Below are positions 22,582 to 34,335 of a DNA stretch of 41,794 nucleotides, piece by piece. The translations under genes were made by a program, and so were the position numbers. The notes under the pieces are model-generated. The model did not search any database. It was not told where the DNA came from and saw nothing but the letters and a program-made list of their open reading frames with translations. Source of the stretch: Catajapyx aquilonaris (Eukaryota). Each line of letters starts with the position of its first letter. Position 1 is the stretch's first letter. The stretch lies in NCBI GenBank assembly GCA_000934665.2, contig JYFJ02003430.1, positions 1 through 41,794 of the forward strand. The letters run 5' to 3'.

Positions 22582-25500
22582 CTGTGTGGGAGGTAGGGGG
22601 GGTAGGGAGAGGAGGAGGGGGATATAGTATGTGTGGGAGGGGTGAGAAATAAGGGGGTGGTATATAAGGTGCAAGTAGGCTACTTCCAAACCGTGTAAAA
22701 GGCTGCTTACGTCAGCGGAAACGGCGCACAAGTTCAACCGAGTGTCTGTAATTACATGTCGATATTTTTTTTTCGCGCCAAATTCCAGCGGGGTTTGGAT
22801 CAGGACAAAAATAATTAGAAAGATCCTGATATATATTGACTGATAACATTGTCGTTGGCCTTGGAGGGAATCAGAATTGTAGATCGATCATTCGGGTGTT
22901 TGGTCAGGTGAGGGACATTGGCGATTCTTCTTCAAGCAAGCAGCTCAAGGTCGCTGCGTTTCTTTTATCAGCTGTGTTCTCCGGGAGGTTTTGTTTTCTT
23001 CCGTGATGTGCAACATGTGTGACTTGCGCTTTTATTGCTCGCCTGTCCTGCCTAGAGGAAAAAAAACAAGAGGCAATTCGCATCAGGTTGTCTGCTCGAA
23101 GGATGCTATTAAAACAATCACTGTCACAACTGCGCAGTTTATTTGCCGGACTGTGTTACGCACACTGATGTTATCGAATAACTTTGGATTAGGAACTGTA
23201 GATGTAGGTGGGATAAACAATCTCGAGCTGTACTGGGTAGTAACAGTAAGTTCTAATGGTCATACATCTTGAGTAGGAGGCATAAAACAATATTGACACA
23301 GAATTTCTGGAAAGAAATACTGCACGAGACTGTACATAACTATTTTTATCCTGAGAAGAATATTGTGATAGGCCTACGTACCTAAAAGGACCGTTACTTT
23401 GCAAGATATGATTCACTATAGCAATACAAAGGAAGCGATTTTTTCCCCTTCAGATATAAAAATATCATTCAAGGTCCTGAAGTTATTCGGTATGAGAAAC
23501 AATAAAACGAATGCATGTAAAAGCAATTAAATGTTTGCAAAATTAAAATTGCAAAATGTAAGGATTGTACCCGAGTGGATTAAATGACTTACAATATTTA
23601 TTAACTTGATTAACTGACTCGCGGCTATGGTACATTTAAAATTCAATTAATTTCACTGGAATGCGAAAATTTCCTGGCTTTCTGTAGTATAATAGAATTA
23701 TTTTTTATAGCCGTACCTGCTATACCTTGCTACTGCTGTCAGATAAGAATTGAAATAATTATTTTCAATTTTCATTTTAATATGCAGCAAAGCCAGTTTT
23801 AATAATAATAGTTTTGGCTGAACGGATTTCCTCCCTTTTCTCTGGTATCATGACACTGTAGCCTATATGGCAGGTGTCTCATTCCTAGATTAAACCTTGC
23901 ACTTATGAGAGGTCAGTGTCACTAGTGCATTATCAGACACTTCACCTTGTTTGGGCATACTTGCACACGAAGCTTCTTTGGGTGAAAATTGCACTATTCA
24001 AGGAAGAGATAAGTGACGATTTCCGGTATAGATAAAGCCGAGCATCGTCATTGCATACTAATATGGCATATGACCTACACTAATAACTTTCCCTTTACTC
24101 CCAGCATGATCTTACTACTGAGAAAGTCTTACACCTGCAACTACTAGACTGCATACGCTAATAATATTCATCATTGTTCTTCAAGCTATTTTCCATCAAT
24201 TGCAAAACGGAAGTGTGTAAACATTATTGGACACATCTCCATTACAATACCTGAATCACCGGAAAACATACAGGGTCATGCTCTGAAATGGAAATTCATA
24301 CATCCGCCACCTTTGGCCTCCAGTTTGGATACAATTTGACCCTTTGTCTAGACCCGTAATTCCCTCTTTTAAATTGCCAATTCCATTACCGGGCACTTTC
24401 TTCTAAAATACGCTAAAAGGGCCCGCGAAAACTTTGCCCCCTGCCTCTGCAATCTTCCAGCACCTTTTCCGCCTCTTCCACTACGAGCCAAAGACTAATA
24501 TTTGAGCTCGTGCCCCCGAATCCCCGCACGCGCCCCTCATTTGGATAGCCTATTACCCCCAAAGTGTAACAAACTTCTTGCTTCCCTTGCGTAATGACCT
24601 GCGCTGCCCAAAAATTCGGGTCATAAAAATCTCAGAACCTCAGCACCCTTAAGCACGTTTCATCTTATGGGAAGAGCAACAAAAGCTGACCCTGGCCAAC
24701 AATGTATCCGTTACATAATTAAAAGCTGCAAGTTTGAAAGCCCTCTGGACTAATGAAGGCCATTGGGGCCACCTAAGTTTGCAAAGGTCTTTTATGGCCT
24801 TAGAAGCAGCATGGCTTTTTGGAGGAAATGCAGAGTGACCAAGAGGAGGATGCGGTGTCTATAACTACCCAACACAAAATCTGGTATGTGTCAAAAGGCT
24901 GCTTGTTATATGAGCTTATGCAGGCACATGACGTCTGAGTATCATTTCATGGCATATTTGATGAAAGCCAAATCAGTATTAAGCAATTTACACCTTTTCA
25001 AATACTTGAGTCAAGGTCATATAAAGGGAAATATAATTTAGCAGGGCGATAGGAATGGCAATGCAAATTAATTGAACTGTTATATACAATAATTAGTTTA
25101 GCAGCAATACAAACATGACCAACAATATGCAGCGTTTTAAATACGTAACGCTGTGCTGTGCGTATTTAAAAATATTGAAATATCTAAACAAGCTGCAACA
25201 TGCCAACATTAACGATTGGGCCCCCAGTAATTCGCATCATTATTCAACACGGTGCTATGTAATTATAACAGCATATGTAACTTTTAAGGATTCAGTAAAA
25301 CTATTTTATAGCCTGGTGTAATTATGTTTACTGCCATCAACGATTTAGCCTGCTGCAATTTTAATACTGGATATTTTAAAGTGTGAGCCATAAAAGGAGC
25401 ACCCAAAAAAAGCTGATATTTGTTTTTGCCAACGCGTAAAGCAACTCGGTACTACGTGAACTTTTTTTTCTGAAAATTGGTAATTAAAACGTTAATGACC

Positions 25501-27547
25501 TAAAATGGTCCAAACTGAAACCACCCAAAGTAAATGTTAGAAGCGACTAATGAGTCGCAACTAGGGGCATGTCGTAGGTGACCTTCTGAGGGGGCAAAAA
25601 AAGCGCGCAACATCCAAACTGATTATTCCACATGATGGAGTAGCGAGCTGCGGATTACAGACTCAGATGACCAAATGCACTGTGATAAATCTTTCTCCCT
25701 TCCAGCATCTCTTAGCCTGCTCCATGTGTATCCTCAAAATTAATTCTCTAATTAGACATTTCGATAATCTCATACCAAGAGTGAAAAGTAGTCATATACT
25801 GAATTGCGCAGAATTTTTGTCATACAAAAATATGCATATGGCACAAAATATTCCAAGCAATTGAAAATTCCCCCAAATAGATAAGAAGGCCTTTTCATAG
25901 TGTCTTCTGCTCTTTCAGTATCCATTCAGTTTCGTTTCCGCTGCTCAAAGGACGGTTGCATTCATGTACGACTGAAATATTCATTTTTGAAAGGCGGGCA
26001 AATAAAGAATCTGAGTTGAGCAATGCACATATGAAAGTTTAAAAAATTGTAGGTTTACTGCGCAAAATGATGGGAAAAATACTGTAATATCAGGCCGTCT
26101 TGCTTGATATCACTTCGTTGCGATGGTGCCACCTACAATATTTGAGTGACATCAACACCCGGAGTCATTATCTAGGACTGGCTTGAAACTACGTATAAAT
26201 AGCGCTGTTGTCGATTTGGGTGACATTCTTTTCTATTCAAAATTTTGCCGATATTTGCAGCCTAGACGGATTGTGTATACGTATACAGTACGTATTGTTG
26301 ATAATGTACATAGGTAAACATCATGAAATGCATTACCCGACCAATTAGCGCAACAATGACATTTAAAACACTTGTTCCTGCTCCATAAATATACAGGGTG
26401 GATAGATTCAGTTGCAGGCCTCTTTGTTTTTCCCCGTAACATTTACAAAATAAAACATACGGTATATAGTCATAGAGGACCTTCTAGCGAAAAAAAATGC
26501 AAATACGGAACTGTACATCGTGAACGAGAAAGAACAAAAAATGAAAAGTGTTTCTGTTCGCTATGATCTGAGGCTTGACCCCCGTGCACCTTTGTGCTGT
26601 TTCACATAGTGTTGTAAATGTCCATTGTTAACTATGCAGAATCGACCAGGCAAGAGGCTCGAGGGACTGGGAAATGATCCTTCTCACAAAGGGAATTGAA
26701 AATTGCAGCAATTTATTTTCTAGTCACATGCATATTAGGCAGGGGCACCAATCACCTTGGGGAATAGAGGGAGCTATATCCGTGTTTTAAGCGACGTCAT
26801 CATATCTTGCTCTTTAAAACTCGGATATTACCGTTACTATCCCTATTGTGAAAGGCGATCAGAATTATTTCTGCGACAATAAAAGCAGCAGGATCGAATA
26901 CATGACTAAAAGTGTCGTCAAATAAATTACAGTTGTGACATATGATAAATAAAATGCCAGTAATGTACTAAACTATTCTAATATGCACAGAGTATTCCTA
27001 TAATCTTTTATTTTGACGAAAAATCACCGCATTTTCCCTAGAGGCTATGTTGCGTCATTGAGATGGAATATTATAAGCCGGATATAATAAAAGATACATT
27101 GTCATACATCATGTACTACATGTACGGTACATGTACTCGTACTGTACACCACATGATAACAGGCAGTGCTGCGCAGGACGCTAATGGTAATTATGCAACA
27201 TACTGCAAAATGGGCATAACTTTGGGGATTTGGTTTTCATTGTTGTGGTCTACATTTTTAGCCCTAATTATTGTGGATCTTTGTTGCATAATTCTACATA
27301 AATTATTTACATCAGCCAATCGCCGCATAGGCCATGGGAAAATGGTATACCATGAGTTCAAAAAGTATATTGGCTCTACAGCAGTTGTCTACCGCTGTAT
27401 AATGTACACTACATCGAACGGTACTATTTGTTACTTAACCATGTTCAATATAATTATGCACAGTAATAATTTACAATACATTTCATTCAACTTATCCTTA
27501 ACCTGTTTGAGTGGACAAAGCAAGGTTTTTAAAGATATTTTACGCCT

Positions 27548-27777
27548 GAAGGCTTCGGAGGAAGAACGATAAAGGCCCACCTCAGGTGAAACTGAGATAT
27601 TCCAATTTTCGAAGGCCCATAAGGTTCCATTGTAAATCCCACCTATGATCATTACTCCACAATTACGACCAAACCATCATATTCTACAGTAATCTACACT
27701 AGTGAAAGTATCTTCTGAGATATGTAACTCATTTTTGACAAAAAGTGGACCTTGATCTTCCTTCCCCCGAGGTCTTC
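27548..27777. mobile_element. Degenerate 230-bp MITE with GAAG...CTTC termini
   Basis: 33-bp TIRs (27548-27580 vs 27745-27777) match at 26/33 without gaps; flanks GCCT / ACCT (3 of 4, possible 4-bp TSD). Confidence 0.6.
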
Positions 27778-30700
27778 ACCTAATCTGCGGTAATACCACT
27801 CTATAACGCTCTGAAACGACATATATACGTAAATTGTGACAAAACAATTATGCAACAGTTTAGTCACAATATTTGCGTGGGAATCTCGTCACTTTGTTGT
27901 GTTCCCAGGCGAGGTAAATAGTAGCGGTTTTCCTACTTTTGAAAGTAGATATCAGCAAACTGCCTCATGTACAACAGTGCAGAAAACTGGCCACTATAGT
28001 CGCGTAATATGCAGAATTAGTCGCAAAAACATTGTTTGCCTCGCAATCAGCCAGATTCCATGATGTTCATTGTTGCCACGTCACTTGCGTCGCGGTTGTC
28101 CGCAGGCTTCGGTTATGTTGACAAAGAGAGCTGCTGCTCTGTTGGTGCAACATTTATTGTCGCTGGTTTGGCTTCACGGATTAGTGCCTTTCTGCTGTAT
28201 AATGCATATGCATTTGTTGAATTAGGGCATTTAGTGCCGTACATTCCAGGTGCAATGTATAACGTATTGTTTTGCAATTTATTGAACATGACTCGCATCA
28301 CTGACTTTGCGAAAAAGCATTTCGCATTCAAGCACTCCGAACTTGTACAATGTTGTGCGCACTCATGATTTACATTCAGAGTTTATCATTCAAAAGTAGA
28401 GTGTAGAGAGATGCAAGAAGCAATGCTTTTTATTCTCTCAGTTCCGAGACGGGGTCTTTTATCATCACAAGCGTACTTTTTTTTTCAGAAAGGAAGTTGG
28501 AGCTCTTTGGTTTCCGAGATGCAGGAAAATGGAAAGCCATTTCCTGAGCGTATTCCTCTGAACAGAGGAATCTAATATGACAGGAAATGAGCTCAGTATA
28601 CGCCTACACACTGCCAACGACTGGAACCGACCTACCACACTGCTTTGTTTCTTAAAATACACCGTGAAAGATAGCGTCTGGATTTTTGCGAATTTCGTCG
28701 CGTACTAAACTTACAAAAATTACTTGTAAATCAGGAAAATATAGTTCTGAGACTATCAGATTCGGCTGATATTTCGCTATCTGACGGAATATTTTTTTGG
28801 AGTATACCTGTCGTCAAATCGGCGGGAGACCTGACTTTTCCTGAAGGGTTTTTCCATTGGCATAATTTATTCCGGACGGACAAGAAATGGGTATGGAAAT
28901 AGAGTGGCGGGCATTTTGCGCAGGGTTGAGCTCCGATGATCCTTGACGTTGCGCCTTTTGTGTGAGCTCCGTCATTGGCAATTCCTGTCCCAAACCGATA
29001 AGAGAGCTCGTGCACAAGCATCCAGATCCTTTTCTTTCCTCTCCTGAAATTCACTCCTGCCATCGATTCTTGGGACAGGGTAAGGAGGAATAAGAAAAAA
29101 TGGAGGTGCAAGAATCCTACACCCACCTATGGGGTCCCCAGGCGACTTTAATGTGATTCGCACTTTTCCATTCTGGATTATTTTGGGGGCCATAACGAAG
29201 ATGGCTTGAAGGGACTTGTCTGTAGAACATCTATTTTGGGAGAACCCAATATCTACGGACATAATGGTATGTGGTTACGTATTCTTAAGGGTGAGGCGAG
29301 TTAACATAAATTTGAGGGATTTTTTTTCCACCAGTGGCTCTACAAATGATCATTTTATTATAATGGCAATGGAGATGAAAAATTATGCGGCAGTGCCATG
29401 ATATGTGAATATTTTATATTGCAAATTCTGAATAAATCAAAACCATCAAAAAATAACCGAGTTAATATGTGTCGTCTTCCTAAAACTTTAAATGTTACCT
29501 GTTCAAATGTACTTCGTAAGTCCCGGTCAAGTTACATGCAACTTTTCTGTAACCAATATAAGTCAACAAGCCTAAGAGTGAATAGACAAAGCTCATGGCA
29601 CAAAATAATGCATTAAAAAAATTAGGGATCCGTAGAAAATAACGCAACATTTTCCTACAAAATAATACTATCTGCCCGATCAGTATGCACAGCCAGTCGT
29701 GTAATAGGATTTGCGTATTTTTAGATGAAAGTGCTCGTTTACCTTTAATACCGGTACTTCGCAAATGACTTAAGGCGCTTTCCATATGTATAGACTGGTA
29801 AACCGGCAAATTGACGTGCTCCATAAAGTACACTCCACATTATACCGCCTATTAGGTACAGAAGTTCCTCCCAATTTTTCCTTATAAAGTAATTAAATTA
29901 CGCCCGGTAATAATGCACTCCCAAAGTTCCACTATTAAATAATTATTTAATGCGCCATAACTGACAACCCACAAACAATCGATCCCCCCCCCCCTCTGCA
30001 CTTTTGCTAATTGCGCCATCAACATGTTGCCCATCTCACAAAAATCGGTCCAGCACCTTTAAAGGTCACCTATAAAACATGTCTCTCCAGTCATATAGCC
30101 AACGTGGCATTTTGCTAAAAGAGCCTGTGGCATGGCTGCCAACTCCCAGCGCCCGGCTAACTCATTTTGGAAAGACGGGGAAGGGTCATGGTTAGCTGGG
30201 GGTAGTGGTTGTAGTCAAGGTCGTTAATACAATTAGGGTGATTGGGGGATGATCCCTCAGGGATTAGTTTTGGTGGGATATGAGAGCAGGACTGGCTTTA
30301 CATGGACCATCACACGACTAATTCACTAGTGTCGCACCGAGCTCCAAACATACACAGAAATAGCTGCCAGAACTCTTTTTTTTATTCGGGGGGGGGGGGG
30401 AGACCGGGGCATAAAAGGGCTTCATGTTCAAACACTTAGACCTTTTATGTGGCTTGCTCGTGGAGGCAAAATGAGGGATCACATTCGAGGGCCGATGGCC
30501 ATTTACAGCTCGTTTCGTACGGCGAGCGCAGCATGAAAAGATGAGAGAATGACATGGGACAGCATTAAATCTGTGGCCACAATGGACTGGCTGGGTTTCA
30601 TTTTGTATGGTCAAACTATGGGGTTCGAGTTTTATTAGGTTGACGGACATACTTTCAAGGGAGATCTCGGGGGGTGTTAAAGAACTTCGCCATAATTATT

Positions 30701-30867
30701 GCTGGAGCAACAGGTCAGGTTCCAGGTGCTGGGTTATGTATACAAAATTGTCAGTGTAAATGAAATGTAAAGGGAAAAGTTTATGGATTTGTTAACAGTC
30801 TCTTGTCACACCTACATAAGCCACAATTAGCAAATGAATAAATGCAAAGTATATTTGCATAAATTTT

Positions 30868-31122
30868 CGAGTATTTTTCCACTCGTTTTGAGTGCTTTTT
30901 ACTCTTTCTTCCACTTGATTTGAATCCCACTCGTTCTCTCGAGTAATTTTCACTCCAAATGAGTAATCATTTCACTAACTGAAAAAGAAGGCTTTCACTT
31001 ATTTTCACTCTTCTTTCGAGTAATATTCCACTCGATTTGAGTTAAAGTAAATCTTTTCTGAGGGAAATTTACGCAAAAAGAGCATTTTGCAAAATTGCTT
31101 TTTTTCGAGTGAAATTTTCACC
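30868..31122. repeat. Cluster of short degenerate GAGT...ACTC palindromic repeats
   Basis: CGAGTATTTTTCCACTCG, GAGTGCTTTTTACTC, CGAGTAATTTTCACTC, GAGTAATCATTTCACT, CGAGTAATATTCCACTCG and CGAGTGAAATTTTCAC, irregularly spaced. Confidence 0.7.
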
Positions 31123-32786
31123 AAAAGTTTAATGATTTCACTAATTTCCATTGTACAGTATGTCGCTAATGAAGGTGCAGTAAAGTGGACTTTAATTTTT
31201 AAACAAGTGGACAAGTTGCAGACATGTCAAGGTCCCCTAATTATGCCGCTGCTCGTGGAAGATTTATTACACATTGATAGTATTGCTCATTAACATCAAA
31301 GCTTGCGTAAAAAAAAGAACTTGATTAATTCCACCTGCATTAACGTAATAAACGCTTATCAATGTTATTACACTAATGGTTTGCTAGAAGCTGAGGAAAT
31401 AACGAGTGGAAAAAATTGACTGCCTTGATTCATCAAGGAACATTTTAGCACCATGCTGGGAACCGCTTTGTCTAATATTCTTGTTGGTGATGGAACAAAT
31501 TTTAGCACGTTTTGAAGTACGACTCTATGTGCTAAAACAGCGTGCTTTGCGTTTTGTATGGCAGGTCCAAATGGGATGATGCCACGAGAGAAAGATGGTT
31601 GGAATTCTTTCATGCGCAGGTTCGCATTTTTGTGGCGACCGCACCGATTTCGCTGAATATTTTATGCCATTCTGGGCTATCCGCATCCCTAAAATGAAAT
31701 ACTGATAAGAAGTGCTGCCACATGTCAGAGTTCCATTGCAAATTTTGGGACAGGTGACAGCTAGCGCTCCGGAGTTTAAACCATAACAATATGCCCTTGC
31801 GTGATATGATATCGATTTCAAAGCGTGTTTTATGCTACGGCAAAGCCATAGTTAATGTTAAATTACTAGTAGAGCCATACATTAATGTATGCGGTGCAGC
31901 GGCCAATATTGGAGTTTTCTTGAGAACGAGGGTGTAACTTGAAAACACTTCATGTGGAAGCTGCTTTGTTAGCATTTAGGAGCGAAGCACGATCTCCAAA
32001 CACTGGCTGGCCGTAATCATATAGAGTCTCCTGCTTCCGTTCGTTACTAGTGTGAATAAGTCAATTGTACTGGGCAGAGAAAAAATGTTCCACATTGTTA
32101 GCAATTTTTTGGGAAATAAGGTAGTGGAATATGGGATTGTTTTATGTGCGCACGCGTAGCATGTAGAATAATTTATTGTGGAGCATATAATTAAAAGGAT
32201 ACAATGCTTTATAAATTTATTATACATTCTGCTTCCACATCAAAGAAGCTGATATGCAAGTGTCAGCTAAAAATAGTGGGAGAGATTAATTCAAAAATTA
32301 TTAGAGGAACGTTATCTGATTAGTATTGCCTAGTCATTAAGCCATACAGAGGCATGTCCATTAGTATTTTTTCTGGTTCATACAGTATATGTGGCATTCA
32401 TGTCCGTCATCATTACCCACGTGCTTTATTATTTTAGGTCAACTGCAGCATTGCTCTTTTACGTGAACTATTCATTAAGCTAAAATGACATTTTTATAAA
32501 AACTATAGTTTCAAATTTGGTGCATTTGCGATGTTTATATTTAAAGCTATCACACTAATTGGTAATTTAACCCACTCAGTGTTTTATTTCATGGAGAAGT
32601 GTAGAAGATGGCTGGAAACACACACACACAAATCGAATTATGTTATTAATATGTATATATATTATTTTAAAATTTGCAGGGCTCCCTTAAATTTTGACGC
32701 TCTATGTCATTTTCTACTGTCTTTGCTGATAATGTTCTGATAATTAGGCCAATAAAACCACAATACAATGGAATATTTTACCTCTT

Positions 32787-33806
32787 GAAGAGTGGAAACG
32801 ATAAAGGGGGTAAGTGCCTTTTTCTTAAGATTATGCACTAAAAGAACTATATGGGCCAACGCCAATACTAATACGAGACCTCCAAATGCCCCAGATGGCT
32901 CATTTGATAGCAGGAATTCCCCAAAGATAGCCTCCTCAGACCCGAAAGAGTTCTATCCAGCATGCATGTTCCAGATTTTGTTTCTAGGTATGATTTATCA
33001 CTGGGAAGGAAAAGCCATCCTACACATTTTGCAAAATTCTGCACCATTGTTGAGTTAGATGACTGTGTTTCATGCAATACATTGGGTCATACCGAAGCAG
33101 TTTGGAGTAGGGGATATGGTGTCCGACTGCTAATCGGGAGGTCCTGGGATCAAATCCCGGGGCCAGAAACTCTGACCGTGGTTTTCTGTGGTTTCCCACG
33201 GTCATTCTAGGAAAATTCCGGAGTTGCTTCCGTAATTAATAGGCCACAGCCGCTTCCTTCCGTCCCTATCCTATCCCAAAAAGCGCAGTAAAATGAAAAG
33301 CAAAGAATTCCAGGCAAAACAAACTTCTCCCCTAAAGAGCCGATGGCTGATAACGGGGTATGAATTATTAATACATTGGGTCATAGAACTTCTGATATAA
33401 CATGTGGTATTGCTAGCAATACGTATGAAACAACTTTCATTTCTCAACACCGCTTATTTTGTGTGGTAAAGTGCGAAACAGTCGTGGAATTTTTGACAAA
33501 GAAAAACTGTGAATTGGGTACACTTTGTACGCGAGTAAAATTTGCAGCTTTTTGTCTTGCATACATGTCCCGATTATCCGGCTGCGGGTTATCCGTGAAT
33601 CGAGAAAAAATTGAATTAAAAATTAAAGTTCGAAAAAATGTCAATATGTCTCGCTAACAAAGAAATATAAGTGCCTTGATTGTATGTTGCATCTGCCAAG
33701 TCATATCATCACCAGGAAAGTAGAATTACGGATAGGACACACAAAAATCGATATTTCTCAGCTTCAAAAAAATTGGCACTTACCCCCTTTATCATTTCCA
33801 CTCTTC
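32787..33806. mobile_element. Non-autonomous DNA transposon with 32-bp TIRs, hosting a nested SINE
   Basis: GAAGAGTGGAAACGATAAAGGGGGTAAGTGCC (32787-32818) matches the reverse complement of 33775-33806 at 31/32; flanks TCTT / ACTT; no transposase ORF. Confidence 0.85.
33092..33369 (+). mobile_element. tRNA-derived SINE with a perfect 16-bp target-site duplication
   Basis: A-box-like TGGAGTAGGGG (33103-33113), anticodon-arm-like TCCGA-CTGCTAA-TCGGG, B-box-like GGATCAAATCC (33147-33157), body GGTTTTCTGTGGTTTCCC...GGCCACAGCCGCTTCCTTCC, AT-rich tail; AATACATTGGGTCATA repeated exactly at 33076-33091 and 33370-33385. Confidence 0.88.
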
Positions 33807-34311
33807 ACTTTTAAGAATCACTATCTTACTTCACTGAATAATTTATGCGATAAGCCTAAATGAAATGAACGATCAAAAATACGTGCCGCTAAATGAAGTT
33901 TCCTCTATAATGTAAGTAATACTTCTTAAAAATCAGTCAAATGTATTCTGACTATAAAACCATCAGCACTCTAGCAAGGTGACGGTGTTTTTATACCCTT
34001 CCCTTTTATAGAGAAGTGACTGTTGTGTAGCGCATCAATCTGTCCACAACTCAGAGACTTAAAAGCATTGGCGAAAATATTCTTAAAATCTTCATAACCA
34101 AATAATCATTTGTTCTCTAATCACAATTCCGAATAGTTTAGTAATTAACACCTTTTCTCTATTTCCCCTATATGCATCATTAACATGTAGCATGACCGTT
34201 GCTCCGTAAGTCACGCCACATTGTATCAATTATGCATCACATGTCCGTTTTATAGACCCCCTCAAAGTAGTGCAATGCTCCTCTCCCTGTGAAATTGTTT
34301 TGGAAACTTAC

Positions 34312-34335
34312 CTGGCCATGACAGTACATGTTCAT
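34312..34335 (-). CDS. Candidate alternative first coding exon of the cyclase (MNMYCHGQ)
   Basis: ATG plus 7 codons, then perfect donor CAG|GTAAGT, phase 0, in frame with the acceptor at 19231. Confidence 0.25.

Noticed and set aside
26274..26287. 14-bp perfect palindrome TGTATACGTATACA
   Set aside because: Low complexity, isolated and plausible by chance.
27063..27572. 169-aa plus-strand ORF with a hydrophobic stretch
   Set aside because: Y/I/C/M-rich composition typical of AT-rich non-coding DNA; it includes GTAC micro-repeats and ends inside a MITE.
30868..31122. Palindromic repeats resembling a CRISPR array
   Set aside because: Units are short, non-identical and irregularly spaced; the context is eukaryotic and there are no cas genes.
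33092..33165. tRNA-like sequence with an apparent GCT anticodon
   Set aside because: No proper acceptor stem, a degenerate T-loop (GATCAAA), and no long variable arm as expected for tRNA-Ser. It is the head of a TSD-flanked SINE.
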